Translations under genes and position numbers: made by a program | In this document: positions 17,632 to 25,990 of the stretch, piece after piece | How the letters are laid out: every line of letters starts with the position of its first letter | Numbering within the stretch: position 1 is the stretch's first letter | The notes under the pieces: model-generated | What the model saw: the letters and a program-made list of their open reading frames with translations, nothing else | What the model was told of the DNA's origin: nothing | The model's database searches: none | Source of the DNA: an uncultured Collinsella sp. | Lineage (GTDB): Bacteria; Actinomycetota; Coriobacteriia; Coriobacteriales; Coriobacteriaceae | Length of the DNA: 64,000 bases | NCBI GenBank assembly: GCA_900541645.1 | Contig: UQKQ01000001.1 | Span: forward strand, 113,741 to 177,740 | Direction of reading: 5' to 3'

Positions 17632-18111
17632 ATGGCCAAATCCATTCAACATAACGTGGCCTACGTTGCCTGCGGAAGCGGCTGTGCCTCCGCAGGCGGC
17701 GACGCCCGCTGCAGCGAAGGCTGCATTGGCTGTGGCGCCTGCGTCACGGCCTGCCCCCACGGCGCCATTGCGCTGGTCGATGGCATCGCCCGCGTTGATC
17801 GCTCCAAGTGCACGGGCTGTGGCCTGTGCGGCATGGCGTGCCCGCAGCGCGTGATTGCCTTCGTTCCCGGCTACCAGAACATTCTGGTGCGCTGCAACAA
17901 CACCGATAAGGGCGCCATTGCGCGCAAGATCTGCGACACGAGCTGCATCGGTTGCGGTATGTGCGCCAAAAAGTGCCCTGCCGGCGCTATCCGCATCGAG
18001 GACAACTGCGCCCATATCGACGGCGCGGACTGCCTGTCGTGCGGCATGTGCGCCGTCGTCTGCCCGCATGGCGCCATTCACGACCGCACCGGCATCGCCG
18101 CCGGCGTGTAG
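17632..18111 (+). CDS. 4Fe-4S ferredoxin-domain protein (4 CxxCxxCxxxCP motifs)
   Basis: 159 aa with four canonical 4Fe-4S binding motifs. Sits between ygfK and xdhD, where E. coli has the FAD subunit ygfM. Confidence 0.8.
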   Translation: MAKSIQHNVAYVACGSGCASAGGDARCSEGCIGCGACVTACPHGAIALVDGIARVDRSKCTGCGLCGMACPQRVIAFVPGYQNILVRCNNTDKGAIARKICDTSCIGCGMCAKKCPAGAIRIEDNCAHIDGADCLSCGMCAVVCPHGAIHDRTGIAAGV

Positions 18112-18123
18112 AAGGGAATCACC

Positions 18124-20901
18124 ATGGCACAGGAATTCACTTTTACCGTTAACGGCGTGGAGCGCACAACGACCCAAAACAAACCGCTGCTGCGCTACCT
18201 GCGCGACGACCTGCATATCCATTCCGCCAAGGACGGCTGCTCCGAAGGTGCTTGTGGCACCTGCACCATCCATGTGGACGGCGCGGCCGTCAAGGCGTGC
18301 GTGCTGACCACCGCTCTTGCCGCCGGCCGCAACATCGTGACCGTCGAGGGCCTGCCCCAGGACGTGCGCGAGGCCTTTGTGTACGCCTTTGGCGCCGTGG
18401 GTGCCGTGCAGTGCGGTTTTTGCATCCCCGGCATGGTCATGGCGGGTGCGGCGCTCATCGCCGAGGACCCCGAGCCCACCGAGGAGCAGATCAAGTACGC
18501 CATCCGCGGCAACGTCTGCCGCTGCACCGGCTACAAGAAGATTATCGAGGGCATTTCGCTGGCCGCTGCGGTGCTCCGCGGCGAAAAGCAGATCGACGAG
18601 GATCTGGAGCGCGGCGACAACTACGGCGTAGGCAAGCGCGCCTTCCGTATCGACGTGCGCAAGAAGGTGCTCGGCGAGGGCAAGTACCCCGACGACATCG
18701 ACGAGATCGACCAGCCGGGCCTGACCTATGCCAGCGCCGTGCGCTCCAAGTACCCGCGCGCCCGTGTGCTCTCCATCGATACCTCCAAGGCCGAGGCCCT
18801 GCCCGGCGTGGTGGGCATTCTGCGCGCCGAGGACGTGCCGGTCAACCAGGTCGGCCACCTTATTCAGGACTGGGACGTCATGATCGCCCAGGGCGATATC
18901 ACCCGCTGCGTGGGCGATGCCATCGTGCTGGTGGTTGCCGAGGACGAGGCGACGCTCGAGAAGGCCAAGAAGCTCGTAAAGATCGATTACGAGCCGCTGG
19001 AGCCCGTGCGCAACATTGTCGAGGCCAAGGCCGCCGACGCCCCACGCCTGCATGACAGCTTCTTTGCCTTTGGCAACACGGTGGAGCTCAAGGACAACGT
19101 GTGCCAGAGCCGCCATGTGACGCGCGGCGACGCCGCCAAGGCGCTGGCAGAGAGCGCGTTCACCGTGACGCAGCGCTTTACCACGCCCTTTACCGAGCAT
19201 GCCTTCTTGGAGCCTGAGTGCGCCGTCGCCTTCCCGTACAAGAACGGCGTCAAGGTGCAGTCGACCGACCAGGGCGCCTACGACACGCGCAAAGAGTGTG
19301 CCCACATGTTTGGCTGGGACAACGAGCCCGAGCGTGTGGTCGTCGAGACCATGCTCGTGGGTGGCGGCTTTGGCGGTAAGGAGGACGTATCCATCCAGCA
19401 CCTGGCCGCGCTCGCCGCATATAAGTTCCAGCGTCCTGTGAAGTGCAAGCTCACGCGTGCCGAGTCGCTCGCTTTCCATCCCAAGCGTCATGCGATGGAC
19501 GGCACCTTTACGCTGGGCTGCGACGCCGAGGGCATCTTTACCGGCCTGGACTGCGAGATCATCTTTGACACCGGCGCCTACGCGTCGCTGTGCGGCCCGG
19601 TGCTCGAGCGCGCCTGCACGCATGCCGTCGGCCCCTACAAGTACCAGAACACCGACATCCGCGGCTTCGGCTACTACACTAACAACCCGCCTGCCGGCGC
19701 GTACCGCGGCTTTGGCGTTTGCCAGTCCGAGTTTGCACTCGAGAGCCTGATCGACCTACTGGCCGAGAAGGTCGGCCTGGATCCGTGGGAGATCCGCTAC
19801 CGTAACGCCATCGAGCCGGGCGAGGTTTTGCCCAACGGCCAGATCGCCGATTGCTCCACGGCGCTTAAGGAGACGCTGCTCGAGGTCAAGGATGCCTATT
19901 ACGCGCATCCCGGACACGCCGGTATCGCCTGCGCCATGAAGAACGCCGGCGTGGGCGTGGGCCTGCCCGACGCCGGTCGCTGCAAGATTCGCGTCGAGGA
20001 CGGCGTGGCTGTGGTCTATGCCGCCACGTCCGACATCGGCCAGGGCTGCAACACGGTCTTTTTGCAGGATGTTGCCGAGGCCTGCGGTCTGCCGCTGAGC
20101 TGCATCGCCAACGGCGAGTGCTCCACCGAGAACGCTCCCGACTCCGGCACCACGTCTGGTTCGCGTCAGACGGTCGTGACCGGCGAGGCCGTGCGCGGCG
20201 CCGCCTTCTTGCTGCGCGATGCCATGGTTGGCATCGAGGCCGGTAAGCCTGCGCCTACCGCCCCGGTGAGCGCGCACGGCGACGGCGTCAAGATCGAGTA
20301 TGACGACGGTCGCGCCTATCAGTTGCGCACGCAGGAGCTCGTCGCCGGTCAGGGTATGCATCCTCAGGATCCTGCGACCGCCATCAAGGCGCTCGAGGGA
20401 TGCGAGTTTGGCTACGTGTACCTGGAGCCGACCGACAAACTGGGCGCGGATGTTCCCAACCCCAAGAGCCACATCTGCTACGGCTTTGCCACACATGTGG
20501 TCATTTTGGACGACGACGGCCGCGTGAGCGAGGTCTACGCTGCGCACGATTCCGGCAAGGTGGTCAACCCCATCTCCATCCAGGGTCAGATTGAGGGCGG
20601 CGTGCTCATGGGTATGGGCTATGCGCTTACCGAGGACTGGCCGCTCAAGGACTGCATGCCCCAGGCCAGGTACGGTACGCTCGGACTGTTCCGCGCGCCC
20701 GAGATTCCGGATATCCACGCCATCTATGTGGAGAAGGACGAGCTACTGCCTGTGGCATACGGCGGCAAGGGTATCGGCGAGATCGCAACGATCCCCACGG
20801 CGCCCGCCGTGCAGAACGCCTATCGCGCATTCGACGGCAAGCTGCGTCCGGATCTACCCATGGTGGATACGCCTTACAGCCGCGCCCGTCACCGCGGGTA
20901 G
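18124..20901 (+). CDS. xdhD: Selenium-dependent molybdenum hydroxylase, fused [2Fe-2S] + MoCo-binding subunit (XdhD-like xanthine dehydrogenase family)
   Basis: 925 aa. The N-terminal 2Fe-2S domain has CSEGACGTCT and CGFCIPG motifs. It is followed by an aldehyde oxidase/xanthine dehydrogenase a/b hammerhead and a MoCo-binding domain (GGGFGGKED). Confidence 0.85.
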   Translation: MAQEFTFTVNGVERTTTQNKPLLRYLRDDLHIHSAKDGCSEGACGTCTIHVDGAAVKACVLTTALAAGRNIVTVEGLPQDVREAFVYAFGAVGAVQCGFCIPGMVMAGAALIAEDPEPTEEQIKYAIRGNVCRCTGYKKIIEGISLAAAVLRGEKQIDEDLERGDNYGVGKRAFRIDVRKKVLGEGKYPDDIDEIDQPGLTYASAVRSKYPRARVLSIDTSKAEALPGVVGILRAEDVPVNQVGHLIQDWDVMIAQGDITRCVGDAIVLVVAEDEATLEKAKKLVKIDYEPLEPVRNIVEAKAADAPRLHDSFFAFGNTVELKDNVCQSRHVTRGDAAKALAESAFTVTQRFTTPFTEHAFLEPECAVAFPYKNGVKVQSTDQGAYDTRKECAHMFGWDNEPERVVVETMLVGGGFGGKEDVSIQHLAALAAYKFQRPVKCKLTRAESLAFHPKRHAMDGTFTLGCDAEGIFTGLDCEIIFDTGAYASLCGPVLERACTHAVGPYKYQNTDIRGFGYYTNNPPAGAYRGFGVCQSEFALESLIDLLAEKVGLDPWEIRYRNAIEPGEVLPNGQIADCSTALKETLLEVKDAYYAHPGHAGIACAMKNAGVGVGLPDAGRCKIRVEDGVAVVYAATSDIGQGCNTVFLQDVAEACGLPLSCIANGECSTENAPDSGTTSGSRQTVVTGEAVRGAAFLLRDAMVGIEAGKPAPTAPVSAHGDGVKIEYDDGRAYQLRTQELVAGQGMHPQDPATAIKALEGCEFGYVYLEPTDKLGADVPNPKSHICYGFATHVVILDDDGRVSEVYAAHDSGKVVNPISIQGQIEGGVLMGMGYALTEDWPLKDCMPQARYGTLGLFRAPEIPDIHAIYVEKDELLPVAYGGKGIGEIATIPTAPAVQNAYRAFDGKLRPDLPMVDTPYSRARHRG

Positions 20902-20970
20902 GGTAGGGTGCGGACGGCCATTGTTGACGGGCCGTCCGCGCTCAACGCCAACTGCATATGCTGTGCCTTT

Positions 20971-21008
20971 GGCCCCGGCTCCATCGCGAACCGGGGCCTT
21001 TTGTTTGG
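20971..21008 (+). terminator. Rho-independent terminator after xdhD (GGCCCCGG…CCGGGGCC TTTTGTTTGG); this ~35-bp segment recurs at 22955–22992
   Basis: 8-bp GC stem plus a T-rich tail. An upstream perfect hairpin, GCGGACGGCC…GGCCGTCCGC, lies at ~20910–20940. Confidence 0.5.
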
Positions 21009-21009
21009 A

Positions 21010-21350
21010 GCGGAAACTGCGTCCCGGAATAGGCGCTCAGAATGGGATGCGCTTTCCGGAACGGCCTTCAAGCGGAAATTGCACCCCATTCTGAGTCTTC
21101 ATTCTGGGACACGCTTTCCGCAAGGAGCTTCGTCGGGAAAGCGCATCCCATTCCGAGCGCCTATTCCGGGACGCGCTTTCCGGCTGTCGTTCACTTGGAA
21201 ACTGCGGCCCAGTTTGAGCGTCTATTCCGGGATGCAGTTTCCGCAGTCCCATGCCATCTGGAAAGCGCATCCCATTTTGAGCACTCAGTCTGGGACATGG
21301 TTTCCGCGGGTGCTGCCAACCGGAAAGTGTGTCCCGGTTTGGCAGGCAGA
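21010..21350. repeat. Tandem array 1: ~6 degenerate ~62-bp units, each an imperfect palindrome (GGAAA-N9-loop18-N9'-TTTCC) plus a ~16-bp spacer
   Basis: Unit lengths are 62–64 bp, not multiples of 3, and the loop orientation flips between units. The overlapping ORFs on both strands are therefore non-coding artefacts. Confidence 0.7.
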
Positions 21351-21371
21351 CGGGCATAAGCTCAGCAGCCC

Positions 21372-22372
21372 CTACAGCTCAATATCGTTGAGCCATGTCG
21401 GGAGCATGGTCTGGCGGATGCCTGCCGTCTGCAGCTTTTTCGCGAGCATGCCTGCCGAACGGACTTCGATCATGGTAAAGCGGATGAGCGGATGGCCGTA
21501 GAGCGATAGGTGCGCCTCGCGCTGTCGTTCGGCAACGAGCGCCTCGGCGGTGGTGCGTCCGGCCAGCATGGTCTGGTCGGTATATTTGATGAGCCCGTCG
21601 AGCTCGCCCAGCGTGAGTTCCTGCGCCTGGCGCTCCCAGGCAAAGTCCGTTCGTATGGGTTTGGCCGAATCGAAGGGGTCCGTCAGCTCGTATTGAAGCC
21701 AGTCGGGTGCAAAGCCCGTCTCGATCATGACGGCTCGGGCGACCGATTCCCCGCCGCTCTCGGCGCGGGCGTCGGCATATCGAAGCGTTGTGAGGGCGGT
21801 GCGAATCGCGCGCCCATTGCGGGCAGTCACTCGTTGCTCAACGGCCTTCATCAGCTGTTCCGGCGCAAGGCCGAGCTTTGAGATCGCCGAATCGGCAATG
21901 GGCATGCCGTCGGCAAAACCAGTTTGCAGCAGGCAATCTGTGACCGTTTGGATGGGCGGTGTTACCGATACGCCGGCTCTGCGTATTGCTCCGACCGGCT
22001 CGATCTGATGCCGCTGAATATGCGCGCCCGGGCGAGCCGACGGCTTGGTGGCGCTGCAGACATGCACGACATTCAGGTGTCGCCACGAGACCTCGAGCCC
22101 CAGCAGGCAGGCGGCCGAAAACGAGCAGAATGTCCGATTGGGGTGGATGATCGCAAGGGCGCGAATAATCTCGCAATGACGCTGCGCCCGGTTGAGTTCA
22201 TCCCAGCTCATTTTGCGTGCGAACAGTCCCGGCATGGGCGAGACGACCGTGCTACCAGTGCGCCGAAGGAGCGCTTTTCGGATCGCCGTGCTCGGGGGGG
22301 GATCAGACAGCGCCCCTCTTGTTCGGCTTGAGTGAGCAGTTGGTCGATGAGCTGGTCATTGCAATGGGTCAT
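21372..22372 (-). pseudogene. DUF559 / AbiEi-like endonuclease-domain protein, frameshifted at a G8 (C8) homopolymer (22294–22301); intact ~333-aa ORF requires G9
   Basis: The upstream frame reads ATG at 22372, MTHCNDQLIDQLLTQAEQEGRCLIPP… The main frame is open from 22355 down to 21372. A +1 base in the tract fuses them into one N-terminus (…CLIPPPSTAIRKALLRRTGSTVVSPMPGLF…). The C-terminal region has a DUF559-like E.DG…ER.RE motif (FAWERQAQELTLGELDGLIKY). Confidence 0.55.
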
Positions 22373-22666
22373 GAGCTACCGCCTCCTTTTGGGTAGCAAA
22401 AACGTATCAGCTGGAACTTGCCGCTCAGCTGACCAAAAGCTGACCAAAATCTAACCATGCAGGTAGATGACCTGCTTTTGGCGACATATTTCTTGTTTGA
22501 ATCGGTGGGCGGTAATCGGCGACCGTGAACGGTGGCTGGATATGAAGTCTTGGTAAGTTTCGGGACGTGTACTTTTTGAAAAAGAGCATTCTATCTGCTG
22601 TTTTGTGTTTCTGGATCGCATATTTGAAGGCATGTGATAAGGGCGGCGGACTGTCGCCTTGTATCT

Positions 22667-23015
22667 GCGGAAACTGTGACCCGGAATTGCCACTCGGAAT
22701 GGGACGTGCTTTCCGGATCGCCCTTCAAGCGGAAACTACATCCCAGATTTCGGCTCCAAACCGGGATGTGCTTTCCCGGCGGCGTCTCTGGCGGAAATTG
22801 CACCCCGGAATGAGCGCTCAGAGTGGAACATGCTTTCCTAACGAAGCCGCATGCGGAAACTACGTCCCGGATTCGATGCTCAGGACGGGATGCCGTTTCC
22901 GATAGAGACATGGGGTGGAAAGCCTCCCATTTCTAATGTTCAAGAAATGGGAGGCAGCTCATCGCGAGCTGGGGCCTTTTGTTTGGAGCGGAGGCAGCAT
23001 CCCGGAATTCGGGTA
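22667..23015. repeat. Tandem array 2: ~5 units of the same ~62-bp hairpin repeat family, ending with a perfect 12-bp-stem hairpin (22923–22953) and a second copy of the 35-bp xdhD-terminator segment (22955–22992)
   Basis: Units begin GCGGAAAYT…CCCGGAAT…GCTCAG…GGGAYRYGCTTTCC. Same strand orientation as array 1, so the two arrays flank the DUF559 gene as direct repeats. Confidence 0.7.
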
Positions 23016-23072
23016 ATCCGGTGGTCAGGGGTTGAGCGAGCGTCGCGCTAAGGATGCCAAGCTTAAAACCTT

Positions 23073-23141
23073 CAATGAGAATGGCGTAAAAACTACATTG
23101 AAAGTAGCGTAAAATCCGCATTGAGAATGGCGTAATTTCGC
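23073..23141. repeat. Three tandem 23-bp direct repeats (CATTGAGAATGGCGTAAWWW…), iteron-like
   Basis: Copies at 23073, 23096 and 23119 with exact 23-bp periodicity. Immediately upstream of the truncated ATPase ORF. Confidence 0.6.
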
Positions 23142-23176
23142 ATATCGCATGATCGCCCGAGCTTGCACACGGCCTT

Positions 23177-23803
23177 TTGCGAGCTCTTGCCATGAACGAG
23201 AGCCAGGTTGTCACGTACAAGACGCTCATAAAGGTCGCCTCGTACGGTGAGGCGGGCCCCGACGAGAGGACCATCGCTGCGTACTTGAACCTCTTCAACA
23301 GGCTCAAGCTGACCGAGGACCTGTGCGGATGGGAGCCGCCCATGCGCTCGAAGGCCCGCGTTCGCGTGCGCCCCAAGCGCTGTTTCTGCGACCCGTCACT
23401 TGCGGCGGCGTTGCTGGGGGCTACCCCTGAGCGGCTGCTTGGCGATATACAAACGTTGGGGATGCTCTTTGAGAACCTCGTTCTGCGCGATGTGCGCGTG
23501 TTCCTTTCCACCTACGGCGGTGTCGACAACAGTGTCCATTATTTCCGAGATGAGAAGGGCCTTGAGGTCGATCCGGTCGTTGAGCACGACGGGCGCTGGG
23601 GAGCCATCGAGGTCAAGCTGAGTGATGCGAAAGCAGACGATAGAGCGAGAAATCTCAAGGCGCTGGAGAGGAAAATGCTCTCCAATCCTGCCGTCCAGAA
23701 TGCCGCGCCGGCGTTTTTGGCGGTCGTGGTTGGAAAGGGGAGCATTGCCTACACACGCGACGACGGCATGGCGGTGATCCCCATGATGGCACTTGGGGCG
23801 TAG
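23177..23803 (+). pseudogene. C-terminal fragment (DUF4143 domain) of an AAA-family ATPase (COG1373-like); N-terminal AAA domain missing
   Basis: 208 aa with DUF4143 blocks (KRCFCDPSLAAALLG, GMLFENLV, YFRDEKGLEVDPVVEHDGRWGAIEVK). No Walker A motif or N-terminal domain in any frame upstream. Confidence 0.65.
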
Positions 23804-23926
23804 TGTTTTTGCGGGCGTGCCGTGCTTCCTTTACCGAAAAACCATTTGGTAAACCCGGCGCCCGTGGGTAAAATAAGGTCGACGGCAGCCCAAGTAGTGA
23901 AGAGCTGGGCAGCGCCGTTGCTTGGA

Positions 23927-23965
23927 TTAAGGGGTCATCGCCTTAGCGGCGTCGACCCCTCTTTT
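23927..23965 (+). terminator. Rho-independent terminator on + strand (GGGGTCGACGCCGC…GCGGCGTCGACCCC TCTTTTTAT)
   Basis: 14-bp stem plus a T-run. It overlaps the 3' codons of the convergent small ORF at 23943–24068. Confidence 0.45.
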
Positions 23966-24068
23966 TATGCTTCGTACGCTGCTTGAGTGCCTCGGTAAGT
24001 CCGATAAGCGCCGTGAGGAGCGAGGCCAAAGCGGTCAGGAGCTTCACAAAATCAGTCAGATCGGTCAT
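23943..24068 (-). CDS. Possible 41-aa small membrane peptide (acidic N-terminus, one TM helix, poly-basic tail KHKKRGRRR); speculative type I toxin-like
   Basis: GGAGG lies 8 nt upstream of the ATG. AT-rich surroundings. Its 3' end is encoded inside the +-strand terminator stem. No homology claimed. Confidence 0.2.
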   Translation of the reverse strand: MTDLTDFVKLLTALASLLTALIGLTEALKQRTKHKKRGRRR

Positions 24069-24326
24069 GGGCATCACCTCCCGTCGCATGGAGGGCGCTG
24101 CCCGGCACATGGAACTGCCGTCAACAATAACCAGTCTATCAAACTGCAGCCATAAATACGAATATATGTTCGATAATAACAGCGACGTGACCATCGCACA
24201 GTGCAGCTTTACGCAAGGATGCCGGAAAGCTGCACTGTGCGATTTCATGTCCGCACGGACACTTATCCTTACGGCAATGTAGCTGCCTGTGAAACAGGCG
24301 GCAGTTGACGAAGAAAGGCTCTAACC

Positions 24327-25148
24327 GTGTCAGCTGAAAAGACGCCGTGCATCTCGGCTATCGATACGACGAACTTTGCGCGCCAGATCGTGCTGGACTT
24401 TGCGTTTGCGCCGGTGCCAAAGCAGCGCCAGCGCCGTGGACTGCGCAATGAGATTATCGAGGTCGGTGCCGTCAAGCTCGATTACCACGGCAACGTTATG
24501 GGCGAGTTCTCGCAGTTTGTGCAGACAGAATTTACCGAAGGCGTTGCGTTCCCCGTCCGCGAGCTTACGGGGATATCGGCCGTGGACACCGCGATGGCCG
24601 ATTCGCTCTATGTGGTGATTAAAAGGCTCGGTGATTGGATTGGTCGCTACTCCGCCCAGGTGGTCTGTTGGAGCGGGGCGGGCCGTTGACAGCTTTTGAC
24701 CGAGTGCCAGGCAAAGCGCATCGACCTTTCCGCATTTCCTACGGACTGGGCCGACCTGCAGGCGTTTTACACCTCGATTATGGACGTGGGCAGCCACGGG
24801 TGCGTCTCACTGGGTGACGCGGCGACGTGGTTTGGCATCGAGTTCGACGAGTCGACGGGCCACGCCCACAGCGCCCTGGCAGATGCGCGCGTGACCGCCA
24901 AGCTACTCAAGCAGATGATGGAGGGGGACTATCACGTGAGTCCGCACGCCCAAGAGATCCGCCAGCGGTGGGGGATGGGCGAGCGGCCCCAGACGCGCCT
25001 TTCCAGCAAGTGCCCCGAGCTGGGAGACCTGCTGCTGAAGCTGAAGGCGGAGGGGGTAGGCCTTTTGAGAACGCCATTCGGTTTGGCATGGCGGGGCTGT
25101 AAGCGCGAGCCCGCCCTGCTGTTTGAATCGAAGCGTCAACCAGTATGA
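24327..25148 (+). pseudogene. DnaQ-like (DEDDh) 3'-5' exonuclease-domain gene interrupted by an in-frame TGA (24687–24689); Exo I motif degenerate
   Basis: ORFs 24327–24689 and 24696–25148 are in the same frame (369 nt apart). Exo III motif HSALADARVTAKLL is present. The Exo I region reads LDFAFAPV…EIIEVGAV, where the catalytic Glu is replaced. Confidence 0.55.
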
Positions 25149-25169
25149 CGAGCTGTCTGGTCTGTCTGC

Positions 25170-25592
25170 CTACGCCCCCGCAATCCCGCGTGCCACGCTC
25201 AGCAGCTCGTACTCCCTTTGACTCCACTGGCGCAGCTCGACAGCCTCGACGGCATCGCGGCACAGGTCCAGGAACACCTCGGCTCCCTCACAGAAGTACT
25301 CACGGGCAAAGGCTCCGGACCCGCTTGCGACACACGCGCCGTCGGCAAAGAGCTTCCAGCTAGACGGCTCGCGCGAGTCGTCTCCGAGCAGCTGAATCTG
25401 CAGTACGTGCGGATTGCCGGTAGTGCAAAGCACTTCCTCGAGCTTCTGCACCGTAAAGCGCATCTGGTGGGAGAGGCTGCTCTTGACCATGGCCGAGGCG
25501 TAGCCATTTGGCTTATCCAGAAGATGCATTCGTTTTGGCTTGACGATCAGGTTGTGGAAATTGCGCTCGCTGCGCACGGAGAAATTGTCCAT
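25170..25592 (-). CDS. Hypothetical protein (140 aa), no recognised domain
   Basis: ATG with AAAGGAG 6 nt upstream (the track ORF starts further up at a TTG). Convergent with the exonuclease gene. Confidence 0.45.
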   Translation of the reverse strand: MDNFSVRSERNFHNLIVKPKRMHLLDKPNGYASAMVKSSLSHQMRFTVQKLEEVLCTTGNPHVLQIQLLGDDSREPSSWKLFADGACVASGSGAFAREYFCEGAEVFLDLCRDAVEAVELRQWSQREYELLSVARGIAGA

Positions 25593-25810
25593 ACGGACTC
25601 CTTTCATCGATGTTGGCAGGGCCACCGTGCCTCTTGGCCGGTTGGCGTCGGGATCGTGGAGCCAACTCTCTACCCCGACTCTGGATAAAACGCGCCCGCT
25701 CCTTGCGGGCAAGAGGAAGTCTATCAACGTGTACGGACAGAAATCAAGCGCCATCCGCGAAATGACGCGCGGATGGCGTTGGTTTCCCAAGTGATTATTC
25801 GGCTTTCATC

Positions 25811-25942
25811 CGGAAAAGTGTCGAAATCAGCCGTTTAAAAGTACGGAAAAGTGTCGAAATAGGCACCTTAAAACTTCGGAAAAGTGTCAAATTCGATAGG
25901 CAAATTATCCGGAAAAGTGTAGCTGGATGACAAAACAGCACT
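25811..25942. repeat. Four tandem direct repeats with exact 33-bp periodicity; conserved 17-mer CGGAAAAGTGTCGAAAT plus a variable AT-rich 16-mer
   Basis: Copies at 25811, 25844, 25877 and 25910; iteron- or operator-array-like. Confidence 0.7.
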
Positions 25943-25990
25943 TAGAAGCCAGTGCTGGATGCGGGATCCTGCGGCCGCCTTCAGCTCTCG

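Noticed and set aside
20908-21501. 197-aa repetitive ORF (and partners 21037–21357, 21042–21359) through array 1 as a repeat protein
   Set aside because: Repeat period is 62–64 bp, not a multiple of 3. ORFs are open on both strands, as expected for GC-rich palindromic DNA. No start context.
21010-23015. CRISPR array interpretation of the two ~62-bp repeat arrays
   Set aside because: Units are degenerate over their whole length and the spacers are only ~16 bp. The palindromic cores flip orientation, and no cas genes are present. The arrays behave like tandem satellite/hairpin repeats, not repeat-spacer arrays.
24687-24689. In-frame TGA in the exonuclease gene as a selenocysteine codon
   Set aside because: No SECIS-like stem-loop starts within ~11 nt downstream, and Sec has no known role in DEDDh exonucleases. 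The neighbouring Exo I motif is also degenerate, which favours a pseudogene.
25170-25592. RNase H-like motif (FADGACVASGSGA) in the 140-aa hypothetical protein
   Set aside because: The motif is near the C-terminus rather than the N-terminus, and the downstream catalytic residues are absent. Coincidental.
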